Shown here in pieces: positions 24,433 through 39,035 of a stretch of 64,000 nt of DNA. The position numbers and the translations under genes are program-made. Each line of letters begins with the position of its first letter. Position 1 is the stretch's first letter. The notes below the pieces were generated by a model, which was given only the letters and a program-made list of their open reading frames with translations, was not told the origin of the DNA and searched no databases. Location: contig OZ024740.1 of assembly GCA_964016885.1 (NCBI GenBank), positions 255,006,001-255,070,000 of the forward strand, given 5' to 3'. Origin of the DNA: Eledone cirrhosa (lineage: Eukaryota).

Positions 24433-27400
24433 TGTTGGTGTATTAACAGGGTTGGTGTAGTGACAGCGTTGGTGTAGTAACAGTGTTGGTGTTGTAACAG
24501 TGTTGGTGTAGTAACAGTGCTTTTCTGTAGTGACAGTGTCGCGTTAGTGAAAGTGTTGCTATAGTGACAGTGTTGGGTTAGTGACAGCGTTGTTGTAGTG
24601 ACAGTGTTGGTGTAGTGACAGTGTTGGTGTAGTGACAGTGTTGGTGTTGTGATAGTGTTGCTGTAGTAACAGTGTTGGTGTAATGACAGCGTTGTTGTAG
24701 TGACAGTGTTGGTGTGGTATCAATGTTGGTGTAGTAACAGTGTTGGTGTAGTGACCGAGTTGGTGTAGTGACAGTGTTGCTGTAGTCACAGTGTTGGTTT
24801 AGTGACAGTGTTGGTGTTGTGATAGTGTTGGTGTTGTGACAGTGTTGGTGTAGTGACAGTGCTGGTGCAGTGACAGTTTTGGTGTAGTGACAGTGTTGGT
24901 GTAGCGACAGTGTTGGTGTAGTAACAGCGTTTGTGTAGTGACAGCGTTGGTGTAGTAACAGTGTTGGTGTAGTAACAGTATGTGTGTAGTGACAGCGTTG
25001 GTGTAGTGACAATGTTGGTGTAGTAACAATGTTGGTGTAGTAACAGTGTTGGTCTAGTGACAGTGTTGGTGTAGTAACAGTGTTTGTGTAGTGACAATGT
25101 TGGTGTAGTAACAGTGTTTTTCTGTAGTGACAGTGTCGCGTTAGTGACAGTTTTGCTATAGTGACAGTGTTGTTGCAGTGACTGTTGTTGTAATGAAAGT
25201 GTTGGTGAAGTGGCACTGTTGGTGTAGTGACAGTGTTGGTGTTGTTACAGTGTTGCTGAAGTCACAGTGGTGGTTTAGTGACAGTGTTGGTGTAGTAACA
25301 GTGTTGCTGTAGCAACAGTGTTGGTGTAATGACAGCGTTGTTGTAGTGACAGTGTTGGTGTGGTATCAATGTTGGTGTAGTAACAGTGTTGGTGTAGTGA
25401 CAGTTTGGTGTAGTCACAGTGTTGGTTTCGTGACAGTGTTGGTGTAGTAACAGTGTTGCTGTAGTAACAGTGTTGGTGTAATGACAGCGTTGTTGTAGTG
25501 ACAGTGTTGGTGTGGTATCAAATTTGGTGTAGTAACAGTGTTGGTGTAGTGACAGTGTTGCTGTAGTCACAGTGTTGGTTTAGTGACAGTGTTGGTGTTG
25601 TAATAGTGTTGGTGTTGTGACAGTGGGGTGTAGTGACAGTGCTGGTGCAGTGACAGTTTTGGTGTAGTGACAGTGTTGGTATAGTGACAGTGTTGTTGTA
25701 GTAACAGTGTTTGTGTAGTGACAGCGTTGGTGTAGTAACAGTGATTGTGTAGTGACAGCGTTGGTGTAGTAACAGTGTTGGTGTAGTAACAGTGTTTGTG
25801 TAGTGACAGCGTTGGTGTAGTAACAATGTTGGTGTAGTGACAGTGTTGGTGTAGTGACAGTGTTTTTCTGTAGTGACAGTGTCGCGTTAGTGACAGTTTT
25901 GCTATAGTGACAGTGTTGTTGCAGTGACTGTTGTAATGAAAGTGTTGGTGTAGTGACAGTGTTGCTGTAGTCACAGTGTTGGTTTAGTGACAGTGTTGGT
26001 GTTGTGATAGTTTGGTGTTGTGACAGTGTTGGTGTAGTGACAGTGCTGGTGCAGTGACAGTTTTGGTGTAGTGACAGTGTTGGTGTAGTGATAGTGTTGT
26101 TGTAGTGACAGTGTTGGTGTAGTGACAGCGTTGGTGTAGTGACAGGGTTGGTGTAGTGACAGTGTTGGTGTAGTAACAGTGTTGGTGTATTGACTGTGTT
26201 GGTGTAGTAACAGTGTTGCTGTAGTGACAGTGTTGGTGTAGTAACAGTGTTAGTGTAGTGACAATATTGGTGTAGTTACAGTGTTGGTGTACTGACAGTA
26301 TAGGTATAGTGGCAGTGTTGGTGTAATGACAGTGTTGGTGCAGTGACAGTGTTGGTCTAGTGACAGTGTTAATGTAGTGACAGTGTTGGGTTATTGACAG
26401 TGTTTGTGTAGTGACAGTGTTGTCGTAGTGACAGTGTTAGTGTAGCGACAGTGTTGGTGTAGTAACAGTGTTGGTGTAGTAACAGTGTCGGTGTAGTGAC
26501 AGTAGTGGTGTAGTGATAGTGTTGGTGTAGTGACAGTTTGGAGTAGTCACAGTGTTGGTTTCGTGACAGTGTTGGTGTAGTAACAGTGTTGCTGTAGTAA
26601 CAGTGTTGGTGTAATGACAGCGTTGTTGTAGTGACAGTGTTGGTGTGGTATCAAATTTGGTGTAGTAACAGTGTTGGTGTAGTGACAGTGTTGCTGTAGT
26701 CACAGTGTTGGTTTAGTGACAGTGTTGGTGTTGTAATAGTGTTGGTGTTGTGACAGTGGGGTGTAGTGACAGTGCTGGTGCAGTGACAGTTTTGGTGTAG
26801 TGACAGTGTTGGTATAGTGACAGTGTTGTTGTAGTAACAGTGTTTGTGTAGTGACAGCGTTGGTGTAGTAACAGTGATTGTGTAGTGACAGCGTTGGTGT
26901 AGTAACAGTGTTGGTGTAGTAACAGTGTTTGTGTAGTGACAGCGTTGGTGTAGTAACAATGTTGGTGTAGTGACAGTGTTGGTGTAGTGACAGTGTTTTT
27001 CTGTAGTGACAGTGTCGCGTTAGTGACAGTTTTGCTATAGTGACAGTGTTGTTGCAGTGACTGTTGTAATGAAAGTGTTGGTGTAGTGACAGTGTTGCTG
27101 TAGTCACAGTGTTGGTTTAGTGACAGTGTTGGTGTTGTGATAGTTTGGTGTTGTGACAGTGTTGGTGTAGTGACAGTGCTGGTGCAGTGACAGTTTTGGT
27201 GTAGTGACAGTGTTGGTGTAGTGATAGTGTTGTTGTAGTGACAGTGTTGGTGTAGTGACAGCGTTGGTGTAGTGAGAGGGTTGGTGTAGTGACAGTGTTG
27301 GTGTAGTAACAGTGTTGGTGTATTGACTGTGTTGGTGTAGTAACAGTGTTGCTGTAGTGACAGTGTTGGTGTAGTAACAGTGTTAGTGTAGTGACAACAT

Positions 27401-30400
27401 TGGTGTAGTTACAGTGTTGGTGTACTGACAGTATAGGTATAGTGGCAGTGTTGGTGTAATGACAGTGTTGGTGCAGTGACAGTGTTGGTCTAGTGACAGT
27501 GTTAATGTAGTGACAGTGTTGGGTTATTGACAGTGTTTGTGTAGTGACAGTGTTGTCGTAGTGACAGTGTTAGTGTAGCGACAGTGTTGGTGTAGTAACA
27601 GTGTTGGTGTAGTAACAGTGTCGGTGTAGTGACAGTAGTGGTGTAGTGATAGTGTTGGTGTAGTGACATTGTTGGTTTAGTGACTGTGTTGCTGTAGTGA
27701 CAGTGTTAGTGTAGTGACATTGTTGGGTTATTGACAGTGTTTTTGTAGTGACAGTGTTGATGTAGTGACAGTGTTTCTGTAGTGACAGCGTTGTGTTGTG
27801 ATAGTATTGGTGTAGTGAGAGTATAGGTATAGTGACAGTTTTGTTGTAGAGACAGTGTTGGTGTAGTGACAGTGTTGGTGTAGTGACAGTGTTGCTGTAA
27901 TGATAGTGTTGGTGTAGTGAGAGTGTTGGTGTAGAGACAGTGTTGCTGTAGTGACAGTTTTGTTGTAGTGACATTGTTGCTGTAGGGATCGTGTTGGTGT
28001 TGTGACAGTGTTGTTGTAGTGACAGTGTTGGTGTAGTGACAGTGAGTGTTGGTGTAGTGACAGTGTTGGTGTAGTGACAGTGAGTGTTGGTGTAGTGTCA
28101 GTGTTGGTGTAGTGACAGTGAGTGTTGGTGTAGTGACAGTGTTGGTGTAGTGACAGTGTTGGTGTAGTGTCAGTGTTGGTGTTGTGACAGTGAGTGTTGG
28201 TGTAGTGACAGTGTTGGTGTAGTGACAGTGTTGGTGTAGTGTTAGTGTTGGTGTAGTGACAGTGTTGGTGTAGTGACGACGTTGGTGTAGTGACAACGTT
28301 GGTGTAGTGATAGTGTTGGTGTAGTGACAGTGTTGGCGTAGTGACAGTGTTGCTGTAATGACAGTGTTGGTGTAGTGACAGTGTTGGTGTAGTGACAGTG
28401 TTGGTGAAGTGAGAATGTTGGAATAGTGTCAGTGTAGGTGTAGTGACAGTGTTGGTGTAGTGACAGTGTTATTCTTTAGTGACAGTGACGCGTTAGTGAC
28501 AGTGTTGCTATAGTGACAGTGTTGTTTTAGTGACAGTGTTGTTGTAGTGACAGTGTTGGGTTAGGGAGAGTTCTTGTAGTGACAGTGTTGGTGTAATGAC
28601 AGTGTGGGTGTAGTGACAGTGTTGGTGTAATTACAGTGTTGGTGTAGTGACAGTGTTGGTGTTGTGACAGTATTGCTGTAGTAACAGTGTTGGCGTAGTG
28701 ACAGTGTTGGTGTTGTGACAGTGTTGCTGTAGTGACGGTGTTGGTGTAGTAACAGTGTTGGTGTAGTGACAGTGCTGGTGCAGTGACAGTGTTGGTGTAG
28801 TGACAGTGCGGGTGTAGTGATAGTATTGGTGTAGTGAGTGTGTTGGAATAGTGACAGTGTAGGTGTAGTGACAGTGTTGGGGTAGTGACAATGTTGGTGT
28901 AGTGGCAGTATTTTTCTGTAGTGACAGTGTTGCTATAGTGTCAGTGTAGCTATAGTGTTTCAGCTTTGGTGTAGTGACAGTGTTGTTGTAGTAACAGTCT
29001 TGGTGGAGTGACAGCGTTGGTGTAGTGAATTGTTGGTGTAGTAACAGTGTTGGTGTAGTGACAGCGTTGGTGTAGTAACAGTGTTGGTGTAGTAAGAGTG
29101 TTGGAGTTGTAACAGTGTTGGTGTAGTGACAGCGTTGGTGTAGTAACAATGCTGGTGTAGTGACAATGTTGGTGTAGTGACAGTGTTGGTGTAGTGACAG
29201 CGTTGGTGTAGTAACAGTGTTGGTGTAGTAAGAGTGTTGGAGTTGTAACAGTGTTGGTGCAGTGACAGCGTTGGTGTAGTAACAATGCTGGTGTAGTGAC
29301 AATGTTGGTGTAGTGACAGTGTTTTTCTGTAGTGACAGTGTCGCGCTAGTGAAAGTGTTGCTATAGTGAGAGTGTTGGGTTAGTGACAGCGTTGTTGTAG
29401 TGACAGTGTTGGTGTAATGACAGTGTTGGTGTAGTGACAGTGTTGGTGTTGTGATAGTGTTGCTGTAGTAACAGTGTTGGTGTAATGACAGCATTGTTGT
29501 AGTGACAGCGTTGGTGTGGTATCAATGTTGGTGTAGTAATAGTGTTGGTGTAGTGACCGCGTTGGTGTAGTCACAGTGTTGCTGTAGTCACAGTGTTGGT
29601 TTAGTGACAGTGCTGGTGCAGTGACAGTGTTGGTGTTGTGACAGTGTTGCTGTAGTGACAGTGCTGGTGCAGTGACAGTGTTGGTGTAGTGATGGTGTTG
29701 GAATAGTGTCAGTGTAGGTTTAGTGACAGTGTTGGTGTAGTGAAAATGTTGGTGTAGTGAGAGTGTTATTCTATAGTGACAGTGTGGCGTTAGTGACAGT
29801 GTTGCTTTAGTGACAGTGTTGTTGTAGTGACAGTGTTGCTGTACTGACAGTGTTGGTGTAGTAACAGTGTTGGTGTAGTGACAGCGTTGGTGTAGTGACA
29901 GTGTTGGTTTAGAGACAGTGTTGGTGTAGTAACGGTGTTGGTAGAGTGACAGCGTTGGTGTAGTAACAGTGTTGGTGTAGTGACAGCGTTGGTGTAGTAA
30001 CAGTGTTGGTGTAGTAACAGTGTTGGTGTAGAATCAGTGTTGGTTTAGTGACAGTGTTGGGGTAGTAACAGTGTTGGTGTAGTGACAATGTTGGTGTAGT
30101 GACTGTTTTTCTGTAGTGACAGTGTTTTTCTGTAGTGACAGTGTCGCGTTAGTGACAGTGTTGCTCTAGTGACAGGCTTGTGTTAGTGACTGATGGTGTA
30201 GTGACAGTGTTGCTGTAGTAACCGTGTTGGTGTAGTGACAGCGTTGGTGTAGTGACAGTGTTGGTGTGGTGAAAGTGTTGGTGTAGTAACGGTGTTGGTG
30301 TAATGACAGTGTTGGTGTAGTAACAGTGCTGGTGTAGTAACAGTGTTGGTGTAGTGACAGTGTTTGTGTATTGACTGTGTTGGTGTAGTAACAGTGTTGG

Positions 30401-33400
30401 TGTAGTGACAGTGTTGGTGTAGTAACAGTGTTAGTGTAGTGACAACATTGGTGTAGTTACAGTGTTGGTGTAGTGACAATGTTGGTGTAGTGACAGTGTT
30501 GGTGTAGTAACAGTGTTGGTGTAGTGACAATGTTGGTGTAGTAACAATGTTTTTCTGTAGTGATAGTGCCGCCTTAGTGACAGTGTTGCTCTAGTGACAG
30601 GCTTGGATTAATGACTGATGTTGTAGTGATAGTGTTACTGTAGTAACAGTGTTGGTCTAGTGACAGCGTTGGTGTAGTCACAGTGTTGGTGTGGTGAAAG
30701 TGTTGGTGTAGTAACAGTGTTGGTGTAATGACAGCGTTGGTGTAGTGAAAGTGTTGCTGTAGTGATAATGTTGGTGTTGTGGTAGTGTTACTGTAATAAC
30801 AGTGTCGGTGTAGTGACAGTGTTGGGATAGTAACAGTGTTGGTGTAGTGACAGTGTTGGTGTAGTGAGAGTTTTCGTGTAGTGACAGTGTTGGCTTTGTG
30901 GTAGTGTTGGCTTTGTGGTAGTGTTGGTGTAGTTACAGTGTTGGTGTAATGACAGTATAGGTGTAGTGACAGTGTTGGTGTAATGACAGTGTTGGTGTAG
31001 TGACAGTGTTGGTCTAGTGACAGTGTTGGTGTAGTGACAGTGTTGTTGTAGTAACAGTCTTTGTGTAGTGACAGCGTTGGTGTAGTAACAGTGTTGGTGT
31101 AGTAACAGTGTCTGTATAGTGACAGCGTTGGTGTAGTAACAATGATGGTGTAGTGACAATGTTGATGTAGTGACAGTGTTTTTCTGTAGTGACAGTGTCG
31201 CGTTAATGACAGTTTTGCTATAGTGACAGTGTTGTTGCAGTGACTGTTGTTATAATGAAAGTGTTGGTGTAGTGACAGTGTTGGGGTAGTGACAGTGTTG
31301 AAGTTGTGACAGTGTTGCTGTAGTCACAGTGTTGGTTTAGTGACAGTGTTGGTGTTGTGATAGTTTGGTGTTGTGACAGTGTTGGTGTAGTGACAGTGCT
31401 GGTGTAGTAACATTGTTGGTGTAGTAACAGTGTTGGTGTAGTGACAGTGTTGCTAGAGTGACAGTTTTGGTGTAGTAACAGTGTTGCTGTAGTGACAGTG
31501 TTGGTGTAGTAACAGTGTTAGTGTAGTGACAACATTGGTGTAGTTACAGTGTTGGTGTAGTAACAGTGTCGCGTTAGTGACAGTGTTGCTAGAGTGACAG
31601 TGTTGGTGTAGTAACAGTGTTGGTGTAGTGACAATGTTGGTGTAGTAACAATGTTTTTCTGTAGTGACAGTGTTGCTCTAGTGACAGACTTGGATTAATG
31701 ACTGATGTTGTAGTGACAGTGTTACTGTAGTAACAGTGTTGGTCTAGTGACAGCGTTGGTGTAGTGACAATGTTGGTGTGGTGAAAGTGTTGGTGTAGTA
31801 ACAGTGTTGGTTTAATGACAGCGTTGGTGTCGTGACAGTGTTGCTGTAGTGATAGTGTTGGTGTAGTAACAACGTTGGTGTAGTGATAGTGTTGGTGTAG
31901 TGACAGTGTTGGCGTAGTGACAGTGTTGCTGTAATGACAGTGTTGGTGTAGTGACAGTGTTGGTGTAGTGACAGTGTTGGTGTAGTGACAGTGTTGGTGA
32001 AGTGAGAGTGTTGGAATAGTGTCAGTCTAGGTGTAGTAATAGTGTTGGTGTAGTGACAATGTTGGTGTAGTGACAGTGTTATTCTTTAGTGACAGTGTCG
32101 CGTTAGTGACAGTGTTGCTATAGTGACAGTGTTGTTTTAGTGACAGTGTTGTTGTAGTGACACTGTTGGTGTAATGACAGTGTTGGTGTAGTGACAGTGT
32201 TGGTGTAATTACAGTGTTGGTGTAGTGACAGTGTTGGTGTTGTGATAGTGTTGCTGTAGTAACAGTGTTGGCGTAGTAACAATGTTGGTGTAGTGACAGT
32301 GTTTTTCTGTAGTGACAGTGTCGCGCTAGTGAAAGTCTTGCTATAGTGACAGTGTTGGGTTAGTGACAGCGTTGTTGTAGTGACAGTGTTGGTGTAGTGA
32401 CAGTGTTGGTGTAGTGACAGTGTAGGTGTTGTGATAGTGTTGCTGTATTAACAGTGTTGGTGTAATGACAGCGTTGTTGTAGTTACAGCGTTGGTGTGGT
32501 ATCAATGTTGGTGTAGTAACAGTGTTGGTGTAGTGACCGCGTTGGTGTAGTGACAGTGTTGCTGTAGTCACAGTGTTGGTTTAGTGACAGTGTTGGTGTT
32601 GTGATAGTGTCGGTGTTGTGACAGTGTTTGTGTAGTGACAGTGCTGGTGTAGTGATGGTGTTGGAATAGTGTCAGTGTAGGTTTAGTGACAGTGTTGGTG
32701 TATTGAAAATGTTGGTGTAGTGACAGTGTTATTCTATAGTGACAGTGTGGCGTTAGTGACAATGTTGGTGTATTGACAGTGTTGGTGTAGTAACAGTGTT
32801 GGTGTAGTGACAGCGTTGGTGTAGTGACAGTGTTGGTGTTGTGCTAGTGTTGATGTAGTAACAGTGTTGTTGTAGTGACAGTGTTGTTGTAGTGACAGTG
32901 TTGGTTTAGAGACAGTGTTGGTGTAGTAACGGTGTTGGTGGAGTGACAGCGTTGGTGTAGTGACAGTGTTGGTGTAGCGACAGTGTTGGTGTAGTAACAG
33001 TGTTGGTGTAGTGACAGCGTTGGTGTAGTAACAGTGTTGGTGTAGTAACAGTGTTGGTGTAGTATCAGTGTTGGTTTAGTGACAGTGTTGGGGTAGTAAC
33101 AGTGTTGGTGTAGTGACAATGTTGGTGTAGTGACTGTTTTTCTGTAGTGACAGTGTCGCGTTAGTGACAATGTTGCTCTAGTGACAGGCTTGGGTTAGTG
33201 ACTGATGGTGTAGTGACAGTGTTGCTGTTGTAACCGTGTTGGTGTAGTGACAGCGTTGGTGTAGTGACAGTGCTGGTGTGGTGAAAGTGTTGGTGTCGTA
33301 ACAGTGTTGGTGTAACGACAATGTTGGTGTAGTAACAGTGTTGGTGTAGTAACAGTGTTGGTGTAGTGAGAGTGTTGGTGTAGTAACAGTGTTAGTGTAG

Positions 33401-36400
33401 TGACAACATTGGTGTAGTTACAGTGTTGGTGTAGTAACAGTGTCGCGTTAGTGACATTGTTGCTATAGTGACAGTGTTGGTGTAGTAACAGTGTTGGTTT
33501 AGTGACAGTGTTGGTGTAGTAACTGTGTTTTGTTTAGTGACAATGTTGGTGTAGTAACAATGTTTTTCTGTAGTGATAGTGCCGCCTTAGTGACAGTGTT
33601 GCTCTAGTGACAGGCTTGGATTAATGACTGATGTTGTAGTGACAGTGTTACTGTAGTAACAGTGTTGGTCTAGTGACAGCGTTGGTGTAGTGACAGTGTT
33701 GGTGTAATGACAGCGTTGGTGTAGTGACAGTGTTGCTGTAGTGATAATGTTGGTGTTGTGGTAGTGTTACTGTAATAACAGTGTCGGTGTAGTGACAGTG
33801 TTGGTGTAGTAACAGTGTTGGTGTAGTGACAGTGTTGGTGTAGTGAGAGTTTTGGTGTAGTAACAGTGTTGGCTTTGTGGTAGTGTTGGCTTTGTGGTAG
33901 TGTTGGCTTTGTGGTAGTGTTGGTGTAGTTACAGTGTTGGTGTACTGACAGTATAGGTGTAGTGACAGTGTTGGTGTAATGACAGTGTTGGTGTAGTGAC
34001 AGTGTTGGTGTAGTAACAACGTTGGTGTAGTGATAGTGTTGGTGTAGTGACAGTGTTGGCGTAGTGACAGTGTTGCTGTAATGACAGTGTTGGTGTAGTG
34101 ACAGTGTTGGTGTAGTGACAGTGTTGGTGTAGTGACAGTGTTGGTGAAGTGAGAGTGTTGGAATAGTGTCAGTCTAGGTGTAGTGACAGTGTTGGTGTAG
34201 TGACAATGTTGGTGTAGTGACAGTGTTATTCTTTAGTGACAGTGTCGCGTTAGTGACAGTGTTGCTATAGTGACAGTGTTGTTTTAGTGACAGTGTTGTT
34301 GTAGTGACAGTGTTGGGTTAGGGAGAGTGTTGTTGTAGTGACAGTGTTCGTGTAATGACAGTGTTGGTGTAGTGACAGTGTTGGTGTAATTACAGTGTTG
34401 GTGTAGTGACAGTGTTGGTGTTGTGATAGTTTTGCTGTAGTAACAGTGTTGGCGTAGTGACAGTGTTGGTGTTGTGACAGTGTTGCTGTAGTGACGGTGT
34501 TGGTGTAGTAACAGTGTTGGTGTAGTGACAGTGCTGGTGCATTGACAGTGTTGGTGCAGTGACAGTGCGGGTGTAGTGATAGTATTGGTGTAGTGACGGT
34601 GTTGGAATAGTGACAGTGTAGGTGTAGTGACAATGTTTGGGTAGTGACAATGTTGGTGTAGTGGCAGTGTTTTTCTGTAGTGACAGTGTTGCTATAATGA
34701 CAGTGTAGCTATAGTGACAGCTTTGGTGTAGTGACAGTGTTGTTGTAGTAACAGTCTTGGTGGAGTGACAGCGTTGGTGTAGTGACAGTGTTGGTGTAGT
34801 AACAGTGTTGGTGTAGTGACAGCGTTGGTGTAGTAACAGTGTTGGTGTAGTAAGAGTGTTGGAGTTGTAACAGTGTTGGTGCAGTGACAGCGTTGGTGTA
34901 GTAACAATGCTGGTGTAGTGACAATGTTGGTGTAGTGACAGTGTTTTTCTGTAGTGACAGTGTCGCGCTAGTGAAAGTGTTGCTATAGTGACAATGTTGG
35001 GTTAGTGACAGTGTTGTTGTAGTGACAGTGTTGGTGTAGTGACAGTGTTGGTGTAGTGACAGTGTTGGTGTTGTGATAGTGTTGCTGTAGTAACAGTGTT
35101 GGTGTAATGACAGCGTTGTTGTAGTGACAGTGTTGGTGTGGTATCAATGTTGGTGTAGTAACAGTGTTGGTGTAGTGACCGAGTTGGTGTAGTGACAGTG
35201 TTGCTGTAATCACAGTGTTGGTTTAGTGACAGTGTTGGTGTTGTGATAGTGTTGGTGTTGTGACAGTGTTGGTGTAGTGACAGTGCTGGTGCAGTGACAG
35301 TTTTGGTGTATTGACAGTGTTGGTGTAGCGACAGTGTTGGTGTAGTAACAGTGCTTGTGTAGTGACAGCGTTGGTGTAGTAATAGTGTTGGTGTAGTAAC
35401 AGTATGTGTGTAGTGACAGCGTTGGTGTAGTGACAATGTTGGTGTAGTAACAATGTTGGTGTAGTAACAGTGTTGGTCTAGTGACAGTGTTGGTGTAGTA
35501 ACAGTGTTTGTGTAGTGACAACGTTGGTGTAGTGACAGTGTTTTTCTGTACTGACAGTGTCGCGTTAGTGACAGTTTTGCTATAGTGACAGTGTTGTTGC
35601 AGTGACTGTTGTTGTAATGAAAGTGTTGGTGAAGTGACACTGTTGGTGTAGTGACAGTGTTGGTGTTGTTACAGTGTTGCTGAAGTCACAGTGTTGGTTT
35701 AGTGACAGTGTTGGTGTATTAACAGTGTTGCTGTAGTAACAGTGTTGGTGTAATGACAGCGTTGTTGTAGTAACAGTGTTGGTGTGGTATCAATGTTGGT
35801 GTAGTAATAGTGTTGGTGTAATGACAGCGTTGGTGTAGTGACAGTGTTGCTGTAGTGATAATGTTGGTGTTTTGATAGTGTTGCTGTAATAACAGTGTCT
35901 GTGTAGTGACAGTGTTGGTGTAGTGACAGTGTTGGTGTAGTGATAGTGTTGGTGTAGTGACAGTGTTGGTGTACTGACAATATAGGTGTAGTGACAGTGT
36001 TGGTGTAATGACAGTGTTGATGTAGTGACAGTGTTGGTGTAGTGACAATGTTGGTGTAGTGATAGTGTTGGTGTAGTGACAGTGTAGGTGTAGTGACAGT
36101 GTTGGTGTAGTGAGAGTGTTGGAATAGTGTCAGTGTAGGTGTAGTGACAGTGTTGGTGTAGTGAGAGCGTTGGTGTAGTAACAGTGTTGATGTAGTAACA
36201 GTGTTGGTTTAGTGACTGTGTTGGTGTAGTGACAGTGTTAGTGTAGTGACATTGTTGGGTTATTGACAGTGTTTTTGTAGTGACAGTGTTGGTGTAGTGA
36301 CAGTGTTGCCGTAGTGACAACGTTGTGTTGTGATAGTATTGGTGTAGTGACTGTATAGGTGTAGTGACAGTATAGTTATAGTGACAGTTTTGTTGTAGTG

Positions 36401-37228
36401 ACAGTGTTGATGTTGTGATTGTGTTGGTGTTGTGACAGTGTTGGTGTAGTGACAGTGCTGGTGCAGTGACAGTTTTGGTGGAGTGACAGTGTTGGTGTAG
36501 TGACAGTGTTGGTGTAGTGACCATGTCGGCGTAGTAACAGTGTTTGTGTAGTGACAGTTTTGGTTTAGTGATAATGTTGGTGTAGTGACAGTGTTGCTGT
36601 AATAACAGTCTTGGTGTTGTGACAGTGTTGGTGTATTGACAGTGTTGGTGTTGTGACAGTATTTGTGTAAAGACAGTGTAGGTGTAGTGACAATGTTGGT
36701 GTGGTGATAGTGTTGCTGTAATGACAGTGTTCGTGTAGTGATAATGTTGGTGTGGTGAGAGTGTTAGTATTGTGACAGTGTTGGGTTAGTGACAGTTTTG
36801 GTGACAATGTTGGAGTAGTGACAGTGTTGCTTTAGTGACAGTGCTGGGTTAGTGACAGTGTTGCTGTAGTGACAGTGTTGGTGTAGAGACAGTGTTGGTG
36901 TTGTGATAGCGTTGGTGTAGTGACAGTGTCGGTGTTGTGACAGTGTTGGTGTAGTAACAGTGTTGTGACAGTGTTGGGTCAGTGACAATGTTGTATTAGT
37001 GACAGTGATGCTGTAGTGACAGTGTTGATTTAGTGACAGTGTAGGTGTAGTGACAGTATTGGTGGAGTAGTGACAGTGTTGCTGTAGTGACAGTGTTGCT
37101 GCAGTGACAGTGTTGGTGTAGTGACAGTGTTGCTGTAGTGATGGTGTAGTGACAGTGTTGGTGACAGTATTTGTGTAGCGACAATTGCAGTTTCGTGACT
37201 GTGTTGGTGTAGATACTCTGTTGCTATG
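24433..37228. repeat. 17-bp minisatellite, consensus GTAGTGACAGTGTTGGT, roughly 750 units, with higher-order duplications
   Basis: direct read; minus-strand translations cycle through HQHCHYTNTVTTPTLSL (3 units = 17 codons). Confidence 0.97.
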
Positions 37229-38059
37229 GGGAATGCTAATTGTATTCGTGGAGATATTTCTGCAGTCGTCTTAACTATGGTTATTTCACTGTTTTAGAAA
37301 TCTCTGTTTTGTTATAGCCATAAAAACATCTTCTCATCTACGCAAAATACATATACAGACATACTATTACTCACACTTACACACACACTTACACTTTCCA
37401 GAATAAAACTGATAAAAAACAAAACAACAAAACAGCGGCAACCAAAATAATCATTTACAATAAACAACAAAGAAATCAATCAACAACAACATTAAAAAAC
37501 AAGAGACACAACATCTAAATGAAAAACGAAAAAAAAAAAAGAACAGCAACCAGCAAGAACAACTACAACAGCAGAATATCAAAACCTTTGGTAAAATGTT
37601 GCTGAAAACTGTGCAAACAAGACTTTTAGTCTGAGATAAGGTTCTGCCTGTTAGAAAGACCTTGTCCTCACAAGTGAACGGTAGTTGGTGAGGAGAGGAA
37701 TTTGCTTTTCAAAGCGATCTTTTCTAGGAAATATCAAAGACATTACTGGATTTTTCCTCCGATTTGCTCGCGCAATACATCAAGACGGTTCCCCAGTCAT
37801 GTGGAATGGTGTGTGCAGTGAAGCGAAATTCCGAGCAGTTCCACGCCAACACAGTATTGCTTTATCAAGCATGGAGAAACGGGTCCAGTACCAAAAATGG
37901 AATAAGAAGTTTAGCAGTTTATCTGTAAAGTATCTTTACAACACTGACAGTCAGATGTTGCTACTGTTGTTGCTGCTGTTGCTGCTGCTGCTGCTGTTAC
38001 CATGCCTCGTTTAACTTCTATCTCTTCGTCGAGGCAGTGTCTAATGTGGAGTTATGGTG

Positions 38060-38445
38060 GAGAGTGGGAGAGGGAGAGGTAAAATGTGAGAGATAGAGAG
38101 ACAGAGAAAGAGAGAGATAAACAAAGAATGAGCCAGAAAGACAAAGAGACAATAGTGGGGAAATAATATGAGGAAAACATATCATGTAGAGAGAGAGAAA
38201 AAGAGAGAAAAGCGAAATACGAGAGAAAGTGAGAGATAGAGATATTATAGAAAGAAAGGAACTGACAGAACATGGGAGAGAGAGAGATATGAGGAGTGAG
38301 AATGGAGAAGAAGAGATGGTGTGGTGGAAAAGCAGAAAGAAAAAGAGGGAGTGTGAAGAGACGGAGAGATAAAAGACAAAAGAGAAGGTGGATAACAACA
38401 GATACAGACAAGTAGGTATATAGAACGCGAGCGCGTGTGTGTGTA

Positions 38446-38479
<34 letters not shown>

Positions 38480-38780
38480 GGGGGGGGGGAGGAAAAGAGA
38501 GACTAAGAGTGAAGGAGAAAGAGAGATATCTTCAGTCAATGACTATATATATATATGGGGTGTGTATGTGTATGTGAGTGTGAAAATACGCAATGAGTGA
38601 AGAGGGGGAATATGTGGTCCATACGTGTGCTTGCATGCTTGTAATGTATGTGTAAGTGTATATATATGCATGTGTCTTGTGTGTATATATAAATATATAC
38701 GTGAGTGTGTGTGTATGTGTGTATGTGTGTATGTGTGTATGTGTGTACGTGTGTGCGTGTGTGCGTGTGTATGTTTGTAA
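38060..38780. repeat. GA-rich and TG-rich low-complexity DNA
   Basis: direct read. Confidence 0.85.
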
Positions 38781-38920
38781 AAATTTGTGTGACTGAAAGA
38801 CAAAATCGAAATGAAAGAACTTGGACAAAAAATAGACGAGAAAGACAGGTAAACACGTGTATATATATGATCGGCGTCTGTACAATCTCTGTCCAACATT
38901 CACAATGCAACGCTCTACCG

Positions 38921-39035
<115 letters not shown>

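Noticed and set aside
24785-24792. CACAGTG heptamers (RSS/Transib-like) in the satellite
   Set aside because: Single-base variants of GACAGTG; no nonamer or transposase seen.
24559-37184. His/Cys/Thr-rich ORFs as a metal-binding or mucin-like protein
   Set aside because: All three minus frames give the same peptide because the unit is 17 bp; frequent stops and indels show no frame preservation.
24433-37228. CRISPR array or telomere
   Set aside because: No unique spacers and no TTAGGG-type array; it is a contiguous tandem repeat.
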